Source: Macrostomum lignano (lineage: Eukaryota). Taken from it: DNA of 64,000 bases. The stretch is taken from NCBI GenBank assembly GCA_002269645.1, contig NIVC01000545.1:124001-188000 (forward strand), read 5' to 3'. The notes beneath the pieces are model-generated. The model was given only the letters and a program-made list of their open reading frames with translations. It made no database searches and was not told the origin of the DNA. A program made the translations under genes and the position numbers. This document shows positions 27,332 to 40,125 of this stretch, in pieces (position 1 is the first letter of the stretch; each line of letters begins with the position of its first letter).

Positions 27332-29169
27332 AAGATTTTGTTGTTGTTGTTAAACGGGGGTGGAAAGCTTAGCTGCCCGCGGATCAGCCCGGGGTGGGCT
27401 CTGCCGCTGGGGGGCACTACCAGGGGCCAAGGCATTAGCTGTCCAGGGCCCGAGATACCCCATGGAAACAATTGGATTGGACCCAGCTTAAAGCTAGGGA
27501 AAGGGCGAGTTGACCCAAGCCTACGGTACAAGACACCGCCAACCCAAACAGTGGAATCAGGGACGGTGCTAGGACCGAGTCCACCCAGGCCACCCCCCCA
27601 GCTAGCGAGTCCTCGGGAGTGCGCAGAAAAATTGGAGAGCGAAAAGCTATTTAGAAAGCGGTCCGAGTGAGGAGTTACTCCTAAACCTACGGAAATGGCT
27701 TTAAGCTATTGGAGCGAGTCTGGGCAGCTAATTACCAAGAGCGATCCTATACAGGGTCTTGGCCCCCTGAAGGTCTCGAGCCTCAAGGCTTTTCACTACC
27801 CAGCTCTATTTTGGAGTGAGTCTGGAAGGCTTGTATCCGAGGGGGAGACTCCAGGCGGACCTACGACGCCTCTATTGCTACCAACCCAAGGGCATCGCCT
27901 ATCCAGCTCATTATTGGGGGCCAGGCCAAGGGGTCGGGAGAAGAGGCACCCAGGGCAAGAGGACTCCGGACTCAGCCGGTTGTCCCCGGTTCGGGACGAA
28001 CATCCTTCCCAGGACACCAATCCACTGTCACTGTCAGGATGAGAGCCAGAGACACGCAAGCAGGGACCTTACAGCAGGAGCCAGGAGATGGACCCGAGGA
28101 CAGGGCAAGATGGACCGGGCAAGGGCAGAGCTCATAACTCCAAAGAAATTGGGTTTGGCTCAAGGCCTAATAAAGCTAAAAACAAGATAAAAGCAGGGGA
28201 TAAAACCGCGCTGGGATGCCAGCCCAAAAAAAAAGATTGGCAGAAAGGAGGAGCACCATAGCCCTAAAGCAGGCAGCTTGCCGACCTGCAGCCCGGGTGC
28301 TCAGCCTCAGGGCTGGCATGCTACTGGGTCTACCGTACACCTTTGTGAATTGGTCGTTCTTTCCTGCAGGGCGGGTACGACCGGGGGGCTCAGTCCCGTC
28401 CTAGCCACACTGCAGTCCAGAGAACCTACTCACTCCGGGCACCACCCCCCCCTAAACCAAGGCCGAGGGCCAAAGAATTGGAAAGTACACCTAAGAAAAA
28501 TAGGGTTTGTTTTTAGATGGGCACAGCCCCTCCGGGGCGGACCCTTAGAAATTGGCATAGCCAATCGGATTGCGCACAACCCTTAGACAAGCTGCCAGAG
28601 AGGCAACCAGGGTAAAAACAGTCAGAGACCGTCTTTACGATTTTACGATTTTAGAACAGATTTTGTTGTTGTTAAACGGGGGTGGGAAGCTTAGCTACCC
28701 GCGGATCAGCCCGGGGTGGGCTCTGCTGCTGGGGGGCACTACCAGGGGCCAAGGCATTAGCTGTCCAGGGCCCGAGATACCCCATGGAAACTATTGGATT
28801 GGACCCAACTTAAAGCTAGGGAAAGGGCGAGTGACCCAAGCCTACGGTACAAGACACCGCCAACCCAAACAGTGGAATCAGGGACGGTGCTAGGACCGAG
28901 TCCACCCAGGCCACCCCCCCAGCTAGCGAGTCCTCGGGAGTGCGCAGAAAAATTGGAGAGCGAAAAGCTATTAAGAAAGCGGTCCGAGTGAGGAGTTACT
29001 CCTAAACCTACGGAAATGGCTTTTTCTTTTTGGAGCGAGTCTGGGCAGCTAATTACCAAGAGCGATCCTATACAGGGGGTTCAGGAGCCCTGAAGGTCTC
29101 GAGCCTCAAGGCTTTTCACTACCCAGCTCTATTTTGGAGTGAGTCTGGAAGGCTTGTATCCGAGGGGGA
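27332..29169. mobile_element. Non-autonomous element with ~515-bp direct repeats (27332-27847 and 28658-29169) around a ~810-bp core
   Basis: Copies are highly similar from AGATTTTGTTGTTGTT to CTTGTATCCGAGGGGGAG; no TG...CA ends and no recognisable coding domain. Confidence 0.65.
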
Positions 29170-30054
29170 GGGGTATCCGAGATTTTACTGTTCTATTAAT
29201 TTTAAGCATGCATATCATGTTACTCTGTAATATTTTATGTAGCTGTTTAGTAAAAGCTTCATTTTCATATTGTTTTCCTTTTACTTCATAATAAGCCAAA
29301 AGCATGTAGGAACTAATAAGTGTTCAAATGGAATTAGAGCTACAAAAATGGTTTTACAGTGCCCTGAATGCAATATTTTTATTCTAAATATTCTTGATTT
29401 AAGAGGGAATAAAATTTTGTGATACTCGTAATTCTTTCCACTTTGTGAGTATTTACAGCAATCACCGATTACATGATGAAAAAATGGCCTTCAAAATAAT
29501 TACATGATTTTTGAGTTTTACAGGGATTACAGAAATCAGGTGGAGATCCAAACTGCAATTGTAGCCGGCTGAAGTGCATTTATATTGCAGCAACCTTGGA
29601 TTCACTCCGGTGTCCATAGCCATAACAAAACTAACACGTGAAATAATTGGCAATAAAAATGATTGCCTCACTACTGACAGTAACTTCAGTCAGGAGATAT
29701 AAAGTTCTTTGGGGCGCCGTTATTTTTATAACGGGGATTATATCGGATAAAAATCAGAATCTGGGTTCAAATTCTGCTAATAAAATCTGCTGGATAAGCG
29801 AACAGAACTGAGCCGTGTCCTGGTTGTCTAACTAGACCAGTGCTGCATTATAATTAGTTACTTTCGGCTCGTCTGCTTCTCTCTCTCTCTCTCTCTCTGT
29901 GTATCAAACCAAATGTGAAAAAAGTAAAGTTGCGCCTACTTTCAAGCTTAAAGGCTGCACTAACAATGACGAATCTCTGGTGCATCATACTCTCTTACCC
30001 CTGCCTCATCTCATGCCTCACCTCTGCCTCTGTCTATTCTCCTTGAACTTTTGT

Positions 30055-30800
30055 CTCCATCCCTTCACTGTGTCTACTCTCCCTCTCTTCACTTTGCCTA
30101 CTCTCCCTCTCTTCACTGTGTCTACTCTCCCTCTCTTCACTTTGCCTACTCTCCCTCTCTTCACTGTGTCTACTCTCCATCTCTTCACTGTGCCTACTCT
30201 CCATCTCTTCACTGTGTCTACTCTCCCTCTCTTCACTGTGCCTACTCTCCATCTCTTTACTGTGTCTACTCTCCCTCTCTTCACTGTGTCTACTCTCCCT
30301 CTCTTCACTGTGTCTACTCTCCCTCTCTTCACTGTGTCTACTCTCCCTCTCTTCACTGTGTCTACTCTCCCTCTCTTCACTGTGTCTACTCTCCATCTCT
30401 TCACTGTGTCTACTCTCCCTCTCTTCACTGTGTCTACTCTCCATCTCTTCACTGTGTCTACTCTCCCTCTCTTCACTGTGTCTACTCTCCCTCTCTTCAC
30501 TGTGTCTACTCTCCCTCTCTTCACTGTGTCTACTCTCCATCTCTTCACTGTGTCTACTCTCCCTCTCTTTACTGTGTCTACTCTCCCTCTCTTCACTGTG
30601 TCTACTCTCCCTCTCTTCACTGTGTCTACTCTCCCTCTCTTCACTGTGTCTACTCTCCCTCTCTTCACTGTGTCTACTCTCCATCTCTTCACTGTGTCTA
30701 CTCTCCCTCTCTTTACTGTGTCTACTCTCCCTCTCTTCACTGTGTCTACTCTCCCTCTCTTCACTGTGTCTACTCTCCCTCTCTTCACTCCACTCTCCAT
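30055..30800. repeat. 24-bp pyrimidine-rich minisatellite
   Basis: Unit TTCACTGTGTCTACTCTCCCTCTC. Confidence 0.97.
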
Positions 30801-31404
30801 CTCTTTACCCCGCCTGCCCGCACCGCGCTGTCCCGACATCCCGGCACTTGACTCTCCCATTTCTGCTGCATGTTACCCACAGGTCACTCGAGACGGGCAC
30901 AGCGTGGAATCTCTACCTGCACAAATGCCGGCTGTCCACTGCTTCCCGCCCTCTTCCCTCTCTTACCTGTCTGTTACCCGCAAGTAGGAGAAGTCGCAGG
31001 CCTGCACAAGAAAGCAGTTCCCACTGCAACCTGTCCGAAAGAGAAAAAATTCTAAAAGCCAAGACAAATCTTCCGGCCCTCTTGAGAGCAAATGCAGCTC
31101 AGACTGCAAGAAAGAGCACTCAAAGCCGCCGCTTGCACACTGTAATCTGCAGCGGACAAGAGTACTTGAGTACCTACGAGCCTGTATTGCCTGCCTCCTG
31201 GCACACAAAGAAGGACACGCGGTGAAAAAACACCGGAGACCTTGATTTCTCCACTCAGCTCAAGTCTGATTTTCCACCGGCTCGGGACCCGCTAGCAATG
31301 CTAAAAGGCATTGTTCGACCCGGAAATTGCATGCCCAGCCGCCTGAGTCTCTCAAAAAGAAAGATGCTTATCTCTCTCATCTGTGACTGATCACTGCTTG
31401 GGGA

Positions 31405-32385
31405 CTGAGTCTGCGCCTCATCACTCCCAGTCTCCGCCCCTCTGTGAGCTGAGCTCATTCTGAGTCTGCGCCTCATCACTCCCAGTCTCCGCCCCTCTGT
31501 GAGCTGAGCTCATTCTGAGTCTGCGCCTCATCACTCCCAGTCTCCGCCCCTCCTTGAGCCGAGCTCATTCTGAGTCTTCGCCTCATCATTCCCAGTCTCC
31601 GCCCCTTTATGAACTGAGCTCAATCTTGGTCTTCGCCTCATCACTCCCAGTCTCCGCCCCTCTGTGAGCTGAGCTCATTCTGAGTCTGCGCCTCATCACT
31701 CCCAGTCTCCGCCCCTCCTTGAGCCGAGCCCATTCTGAGTCTTCGCCTCATCATTCCCAGTCTCCGCCCCTTTATGAACTGAGCTCAATCTTGGTCTTCG
31801 CCTCATCATTCCCAGTCTCCGCCCCTTCTGTGAGCTGAGCTCATTCTGAGTCTGCGCCTCATCACTCCCAGTCTCCGCCCCTCTGTGAGCTGAGCTCATT
31901 CTTAGTCTTCGCCTCATCACTCCCAGTCTCCGCCCTTCTGTGAGCTGAGCTCATTCTTAGTCTTCGCCTCATCATTCCCAGTCTCCGCCCCTTCTGTGAG
32001 CTGAGCTCATTCTGAGTCTGCGCCTCATCACTCCCAGTCTCCGCCCTTCTGTGAGCTGAGCTCATTCTTAGTCTTCGCCTCATCACTCCCAGTCTCCGCC
32101 CTTCTGTGAGCTGAGCTCATTCTTAGTCTTCGCCTCATCATTCCCAGTCTCCGCCCCTCTGTGAGCTGAGCTCATTCTGAGTCTGCGCCTCATCACTCCC
32201 AGTCTCCGCCCCTCTGTGAGTTGAGCTCATTCTGAGTCTGCGCCTCATCACTCCCAGTCTCCGCCCCTCTGTGAGCTGAGCTCATTCTGAGTCTGCGCCT
32301 CATCATTCCCAGTCTCCTCCCCTTTATGAACTGAGCTCAATCTTAGTCTGCGCCTCATCACTCCCAGTCTCTGCCCCTCTCTGAG
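31405..32385. repeat. 55-bp minisatellite, about 18 copies
   Basis: CTGAGTCTGCGCCTCATCACTCCCAGTCTCCGCCCCTCTGTGAGCTGAGCTCATT; starts at 31405 and 31460. Confidence 0.95.
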
Positions 32386-32961
32386 CTTGTAGGTCAGTAT
32401 CCCGCCCCCTCAGTCTGAGAAGCAGCCCCAGAGCTCAGATGCAATCAGTTGAGTAGGGGGGGGGGCGGTCATTCAGCCATCTCTTCAAGGCTGTTTCTCA
32501 TCCCGCTACTCTTCCACAGCAGGCCCAGAGCATATCGACATGTTTGATAAAAGCAACCTTTGCTGAACATCAGCTTAACATAAATACCGGAGCCTGTTGT
32601 GGCCTTGCAGCCCCTCATTGGCTTCAATGAGTTGGTACGGGCGTAGCTTTAACTGACAGGCGTGGAGGGGAGAGGTTGGCGGGGATTAAGCAGATTTACG
32701 CAGATCAAGTCTTGGCTTTTTTCTCGGGTCTGAAAACTGGACGAGTTCCTGAGAGCAGTGATTTGCGATGCCCCGCGCATGATCAGCGGTGCTGCATTTT
32801 TTGCGCGCGGCCGAGGGCGCGAGAGTTGGCCGAGAGCGGCCAGAGCTCAGCTTTCCATTTGCATTTGCAGTGAGAGAGGAGTAGCGCGGGTCTGAGGCTT
32901 CACTGGCCCCCGAATTACCGCTTGTGCCTCCTGCTCAGTTACTGGGTTAGGGCGGGGTAGG

Positions 32962-32978
32962 GGCAAACAGACAGAATG

Positions 32979-33014
<36 letters not shown>

Positions 33015-33083
33015 CACAGACAGACATACAGACAGACAGACAGACACACAGACACACAGACAGACAGACAGACAGACAGAATG

Positions 33084-33117
<34 letters not shown>

Positions 33118-33124
33118 AAGAATG

Positions 33125-33196
<72 letters not shown>

Positions 33197-33357
33197 GTCA
33201 GTCAGTCAGTCAGTCAGTCAGTCAGTCAGTCAGTCAGTCAGTCAGTCAGTCAGTCAGTCAGTCAGTCAGTCAGTCAGTCAGCCAGTCAGTCAGTCAGTCA
33301 GTCAGACAGACAGACAGACAGACAGACTGACAGACAGACAGACAGACACACAGACAC

Positions 33358-33456
<99 letters not shown>

Positions 33457-33459
33457 GGC

Positions 33460-33520
<61 letters not shown>
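32962..33520. repeat. Compound (CAGA)n/(CAGT)n microsatellite
   Basis: CAGA runs flank a CAGT run at ~33195-33305. Confidence 0.97.
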
Positions 33521-34138
33521 CGCACGCGCATAAACAAGCTGTTTGCGAAAGTAAAATGAAAGAAGGTTAATCTTCAATTCTGTCAGCAACTGCGAGTCTT
33601 TCATCACTGATCCGCACAGTGTTTAATTAAAACACGGAGAGGATAAGCTTATCCAAAACCGCGGGGTTTTTTAGCTAATTCTCTTAAATCCGCAAGTGAA
33701 GCAGGCAGCCTTCACAAAACCTACAGTGGCTGAAGCAAGCAGTTCGTGAATGACTATAGCTTGTGTATAAACAGATTCAGTCAGTGAGAGAAAAGACAAC
33801 AGATCAAAAGTGTGCCGCACTGTCTGCACTGAGGTGACATCAATATTGAGGGGTACTGGAACACACAGAACAAATTCCATAGGTGATAGGTAGGGAAGTA
33901 ATAAGGGAAAAAAACTACACCAAGTAATTTTCTTTTTTAAACATCAAAAACCGAGCAAAAACGCGCAGTAGCCATTGTGCAGCGGCATGCGTTAAAAAAT
34001 AACTAGGAAAACAGAAGCTGCGCATTGAAACTGGGCGAAACTTGTCTTTTCAGGTGCGCTAATTTGTTATCTACTGCCAGGGAAAAACATAGATTTAGGG
34101 AGAAACATTGCTTGGTTTTGGAGGAGGTGATACCGAAA

Positions 34139-35350
34139 CAAGGACCACTGACAGCAACAGGATCTGACACTGCGACAGATAGCGAACCAAGGACCACTGA
34201 CAGCAACAGGATCTGACACTGCGACAGATAGCGAACCAAGGACCACTGACAGCAACAGGATCTGACACTGCGACAGATAGCGAATCAAGGACCACTGATA
34301 GCGACAGGATCTGACACTGCGACAGATAGCGAATCAAGGACCACTGATAGCGACAGGATCTGACACTGCGACAGATAGCGAATCAAGGACCACTGATAGC
34401 GACAGGATCTGACACTGCGACAGATAGCGAACCAAGGACCACTGATAGTAACAGGATCTGACACTGCGACAGATAGCGAACCAAGGACCACTGATAGTAA
34501 CAGGATCTGACACTGCGACAGATAGCGAACCAAGGACCACTGATAGTAACAGGATCTGACACTGCGACAGATAGCGAACCAAGGACCACTGACAGCAACA
34601 GGATCTGACACTGCTACAGATAGCAAACCAAGGACCACTGACAGCAACAGGATCTGACACTGCGACAGATAGCGAATCAAGGACCACTGATAGTAACAGG
34701 ATCTGACACTGCGACAGATAGCGAACCAAGGACCACTGATAGTAACAGGATCTGACACTGCGACAGATAGCGAACCAAGGACCACTGATAGTAACAGGAT
34801 CTGACACTGCGACAGATAGCGAACCAAGGACCACTGACAGCAACAGGATCTGACACTGCTACAGATAGCAAACCAAGGACCACTGACAGCAACAGGATCT
34901 GACACTGCGACAGATAGCGAATCAAGGACCACTGATAGTAACAGGATCTGACACTGCGACAGATAGCGAACCAAGGACCACTGACAGCAACAGGATCTGA
35001 CACTGCGACAGATAGCGAATCAAGGACCACTGATAGTAACAGGATCTGACACTGCGACAGATAGCGAACCAAGGACCACTGACAGCAACAGGATCTGACA
35101 CTGCTACAGATAGCAAACCAAGGACCACTGACAGCAACAGGATCTGACACTGCGACAGATAGCGAATCAAGGACCACTGATAGTAACAGGATCTGACACT
35201 GCGACAGATAGCGAACCAAGGACCACTGATAGTAACAGGATCTGACACTGCGACAGATAGCGAATCAAGGACCACTGATAGTAACAGGATCTGACACTGC
35301 GACAGATAGCGAATCAAGGACCACTGACAGTAACAGGATCTGAGACTGCG
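34139..35350. repeat. 49-bp minisatellite, about 25 copies
   Basis: Unit AAGGACCACTGACAGCAACAGGATCTGACACTGCGACAGATAGCGAACC. Confidence 0.97.
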
Positions 35351-35824
35351 CAAATACAGAAAATTGACTTTTTATGAATCGAATTTCTCAGCAAAATGCT
35401 ATTGTGTTCCATGTTTGCCTGGAAGCTTGGCTATTAGACCGGAATTATTTCAGTCAGTTTCGGTTGTTTCAGTTCATTCCCATTTTGTTTCCGGTCTCCT
35501 TTTATGCTTAGATAAGTCAGTCACACATCACATCAGCATACAGTAGGCTCGCAGCCAGCTAGGAGGCATCTGTGCCTCGGGCGATGGCCCTCATGGGCTG
35601 AATCGCACAACCATCCCAAGGCCAAGAGTACTTGGACGAGCCCCAATTTATTGTGGCCGCGTACAGAATCGAACCTAAGTTCTGTGGCGCGGAAGTCAGT
35701 TGCGGAGGTGGAGTGAATGCATTTTGAAGCGAAGTTGTATCTAAAAAAATCTACATGATTTTGAATTTGTGTCCTACTATGCGTCCTTGTGAACTGTTCG
35801 CTCTGAACTGTCAGACTCGGCTGC

Positions 35825-37156
35825 CTACTTCGCCGTAGCGTGTGTCAGAGCCGCCCTCGTCGCCCCTCCTCTGCCAGCCGCGGCGCGGCCGTTGCCCCGG
35901 CAGAAGATGCGCCGCAGGTCGTCTCTGAAGTTGGCGTTCATGAAGCAGTAGATGATGGGGTTGGTGGCGTGCGCCATGTAGTACAGGTAGAAGATCAGCA
36001 GGCTGAAGGGCGCCAGGCCGACGATCATGAGGGCGGCCGGGACAAAAGTACAGGCGAACACGACGGCCACGACGAACAGCATAGCCGCGGTCTTCAGGTT
36101 CTGCATCGCGTCGCTGTCCCGCGACGGCAGCACCGAGCGGCGTCGCTTCTTCATCGGCAAGTGCTCCTGCTGCTCCTGCTGCTCCTGCTGCTCCTGCTGC
36201 TGCTGCTCGCTGTGGTGGCCGTGGGCGTCGGCTTCTTCGTCTGGAGCCACCTCAACGTGATCGGCTGCTGGGCTGGCCGTGGTCGGAGCCGCCTCGTCTC
36301 CGGGCGTTGAGCGCCGCGGGTTGAGCCGCTGCTGGCCTTTGAGCTCGCGACGTTTGCGCCGCATGGCCAGCACGGAGCGGTAGATGCAGACGTAGAGCGC
36401 CACGACCAGCGAGATGCAGATGCCGAACAGGGAAACGTGCACCCGCTGGAACACGTGGAAGAAGGCCAAGCTGGCGTCGGAGACGTGCAGAGCGCTGGAG
36501 TTTAGCTTCTTGATGTCGTTGATCTCCTTGCACTGGCCCTGGCTGGCGTACTGCCAGGTGCCGTTCGGGCCGGACTGGGCCACCACGCCGCTGCAGAAGG
36601 CAGCTGTGGTGACGCCGAGGGCCAGAGCCAGGCCGCCCAGGCTGAGCACAATTGCTCGAGCTCTGGGCAGGGTGATGGCGCGCAAGAAGGGCCGGCAGAT
36701 GCAGAAGTACCGATCAACTGCGATGGCCGACATCAGCATGCAGCTGAACGGGATGCCGCTGGCGTTCACCAGGTAGTAGAGCTTGCAGACGATCAGGTGA
36801 GTGCGGAAGTCCACCAGCTCCATGAATAGCGTCATGGGAATCACCAGGGTGCAGGCGATCATGTCGGAAGCGGCCAGGGACAGGATGAAGATGTTGGCCG
36901 TCTGTTTGTCCTTCTTCTGCGAGTAGACGTAGAGCACCACCGAGTTGCCGATGGAGCCGATGATGCTGATTGTCACCAGCTCGGCGTAGGAGATCAGCCG
37001 GATGGTGCGGCTGATCTCGCCGGCTTCGAGCTCTGCGTCCGTTGGGGCGCTCGTCGAAACGATATCAGCCACCGTTGTGTCCATGTTTTTGGTGCTGATA
37101 GGAGTCTGGCAATGTCTTCTGAAATGGTTTGCGGTGGAATGATTTATTTTAAGCAT
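35825..37156 (-). CDS. Single-exon class A (rhodopsin-like) GPCR, probably a neuropeptide receptor; alternative start MDTT at 37084
   Basis: Seven hydrophobic segments; GN (TM1), NIFILSLAASD (TM2), AVDRY (TM3), FACTFVP (TM6), NPIIY (TM7); long ICL3 with a Q/E run. Confidence 0.92.
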   Translation of the reverse strand: MLKINHSTANHFRRHCQTPISTKNMDTTVADIVSTSAPTDAELEAGEISRTIRLISYAELVTISIIGSIGNSVVLYVYSQKKDKQTANIFILSLAASDMIACTLVIPMTLFMELVDFRTHLIVCKLYYLVNASGIPFSCMLMSAIAVDRYFCICRPFLRAITLPRARAIVLSLGGLALALGVTTAAFCSGVVAQSGPNGTWQYASQGQCKEINDIKKLNSSALHVSDASLAFFHVFQRVHVSLFGICISLVVALYVCIYRSVLAMRRKRRELKGQQRLNPRRSTPGDEAAPTTASPAADHVEVAPDEEADAHGHHSEQQQQEQQEQQEQQEHLPMKKRRRSVLPSRDSDAMQNLKTAAMLFVVAVVFACTFVPAALMIVGLAPFSLLIFYLYYMAHATNPIIYCFMNANFRDDLRRIFCRGNGRAAAGRGGATRAALTHATAK

Positions 37157-37510
37157 AGGTGTGACAGGCGGTGCTGGATTGAGTTCTAGGGCCCCCCACC
37201 AAGCGAGCGTAGGTGTGACAGGCGGTGCTGGATTGAGTTCTAGGGCCCCCCACCAAGCGAGCGTAGGTGTGACAGGCGGTGCTGGATTGAGTTCTAGGGC
37301 CCCCCACCAAGCGAGCGTAGGTGTGACAGGCGGTGCTGGATTGAGTTCTAGGGCCCCCCACCAAGCGAGCGTAGGTGTGACAGGCGGTGCTGGATTGAGT
37401 TCTAGGGCCCCCCACCAAGCGAGCGTAGGTGTGACAGGCGGTGCTGGATTGAGTTCTAGGGCCCCCCACCAAGCGAGCGTAGGTGACAGGCGGTGCTGGA
37501 TTGAGTTCTT
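37157..37510. repeat. 54-bp VNTR, about 6.5 copies, directly upstream of the GPCR ORF
   Basis: Unit GGTGTGACAGGCGGTGCTGGATTGAGTTCTAGGGCCCCCCACCAAGCGAGCGTA. Confidence 0.96.
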
Positions 37511-38754
37511 GGGCGTTAATTGAGCCCATAGGACGCCAAGTTTGTACGCGTTCAGTCATGGAATCCAGTTGGTTACCATGGCAACAAAAATATGTACATC
37601 TGGATTATAGGTGGATTCCAAGCAAAAGCGGTCTAATAATGAGCACTAAAAAACCCACTGCAGGCAGACAGGCAGCCTCTGATCAGATTTCGCTGTATCA
37701 AAAAGCGCCTCAGACGCTGAGATGCGGACAGAAGAATCTGGGCCTTGCGTGGGCGCTTCGCGAGTCACTTCATTAGCCGATGCCGCAGAGCCATCATTCG
37801 ATTTTGAGCAGGACAAATTTCCGACGTGCCGTGACTGCATCATATTTCGCTGCTGAGATGGCGGTCCTTCCGTCAGCAACCCCCCAGCCCCTGATTTGAT
37901 TATGCCAAGGATAAACATCTCTACATGCGCTTCACTCGCAGTCGTGGCAGAATTTTAAACAGCAGCACCCAGCAGCACATTGCCCGACCCTTATAAACTT
38001 CACTGCCGCGGGAACAATCCATCAAACTTCAATGACATCCAGCGGGTCAAGTAGAAAATTGGTGCGAGAGGCAATTTTAGGCAAGAACTTGCCAGCACAG
38101 GGGGCAGCCGAGGGTGACAACTTCAAAGCCGAGACCGAGGATGCGGCAAGAAGCCATGCGGATGTCACATTGACTCTCACGTCCTCTGCCCTCTTTGCAC
38201 CCTCCTGCCCCTCCATTGTCGGTGACGAACTGTGCGATCCCCATCAGCTGAGGCTCAAAGTTAGCCGTTGACTCTGCTAGTTGCCATGCGAAGTGATTTT
38301 TCCCAGCAGGCCGGCCCTCCTTCCCTGGTTACACGCTGGCCCTTCGCGGCAGTGGGATGCCGACTTAACGGGGATAAATTATTAATTCCCACCAGCAGAC
38401 TGAGCCCCAGTCTGAGGCCCCGCAACTAAGAATGCCATCACCTGGCGCCAATGCTCCTCTTATTTCTCAAAACTTCATCCAGCAGTCAGCCCGCCTGAGA
38501 AGCGGCCTGTCAATCTGCCGCAAGTGAAAGCGGAGCCCCCAACCGGCCTACTGGGCTACTGGCGGCCTGCAGCAGGCTTTGTTCACTTTTGTCTTCTTCT
38601 CCTGGACTGAGACAGAAAATCCAAGTGGCTGCCTTCTTGTCATGCCTGTCAGTCACCCGGCTGATGTCCTGTCTGTAGCCTGCGTCTTGGACCACATTGA
38701 TTGTCCACTGTTCTCTGCACCGGGACCCCGCAAACCCTTGCTTCAGTCCCTCAC

Positions 38755-39060
38755 CTGCGTCCCTCCGTCTCATCCCCTCTCTCCCTCCGTCTCATCCCCT
38801 CTCTCCCTCCGTCTCACCCCCTCTCTCCCTCCGTCTCATCCCCTCTCTCCCTCCGTCTCACCCTCTCTCTCCCTTCGTCTAACCCTCTCCTCGTCTTACC
38901 TTCTCCCCGTCTCATCCTCTCCCGTCTCATCCTCTCCCGTCTCACCTTCTCCCCGTCTCACCCTCTCCCGTCTCACCCTCTCCCCGTCTCACCCTCTCCC
39001 CGTCTCACCCTCTCCCCGTCTCACCCTCTCCCCGTCTCACCCTCTCCCCGTCTCACGGCC
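38755..39060. repeat. CT-rich degenerate 16-22 bp repeat
   Basis: CCGTCTCA(T/C)CC(C)TCTC units. Confidence 0.85.
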
Positions 39061-39607
39061 CCCCTTTGTGTCACCATGTCTCCCTATATTCTGACCACTT
39101 TGCTACCGCACCACCTGCTACTATCCAACTCATTCAATTCTCATATCCGCAAGCATCAAAGACTTCAGTAATAATTAATGGGTGGCATAAATTCAGCCGC
39201 TGGGCCCTCAAAAGTCCGTCAGGTTCCTTAGCCGACTCACTCCAGTGTCCAGCCAAATTTATAATTGTTCCGGACCGTCTTTGATTGTAAATCAAACAGA
39301 GAATAAAATATGGATAAGTCCCTCACAGTGGTTGCTAGGTACAGAAATAGTCCCTCCGGCCGGACTCCAAACACATCTAGGACAAAGCCTTGAGTAGAAA
39401 AGCTCAGACTGCTTAACTCACGCCTCACTCCTTCGCCCAACCCTTTACCCCCGTATCCCCCATTTTATAATAGAGTTTGGGGCGGGCGCCCTGCTCTGGG
39501 TTAATTATCAATTCTAGATCTGACTGGATCAAGCGGCTGGCGGCCCTGTGTGACAATGGTGCTTAATTGATTAATTGGTAGGCTGATTAAGATACATGGA
39601 AAGGAGC

Positions 39608-40125
39608 GCACTGATTTAAGAGCGCACTGATGTGAGGGCGCACTGATGTGTAAGCGCGCAATGATGTGTAAGCGCGCACTGATGTGTAAGCGCGCACTGG
39701 TGTAAGCGGGTACTGATGTAAGCGCGCACTGGTGTGCAAGTTCGCAATGATGTAAGCGGGCACTGATGTGTAAGCGCGCACTGATGTAAGCGCGAACTGC
39801 ATGATGTAAGCGCGCACTGATGTAAGCGGGCACTGATGTGTAAGCGCGCACTGATGTAAGCGGGCACTGATGTGTAAGCGCGCACTGATGTAAGCGGGCA
39901 CTAATGTGTAAGCGCGCAATGATGTAAGCGGGCACTGATGTGTAAGCGCGAACTGCATGATGTAAGCGCGCACTGATGTAAGCGGGCACTGATGTAAGCG
40001 CGAACTGCATGATGTAAGCGCGCACTGATGTAAGCGGGCACTGATGTGTAAGCGCGCACTGATGTAAGCGCGAACTGCATGATGTAAGCAAGCACTGATG
40101 TAAGCGGGCACTGATGTGTAAGCAG
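39608..40125. repeat. 16/18-bp degenerate minisatellite
   Basis: TAAGCG(C/G)GCACTGATG(TG) units. Confidence 0.92.

Noticed and set aside
27660-27690. Hammerhead-like CCGAGTGA-GGAG-TTA-CTCC-TAAAC in the direct repeats
   Set aside because: Both core boxes deviate from CUGANGA and GAAA, so it is only a small hairpin.
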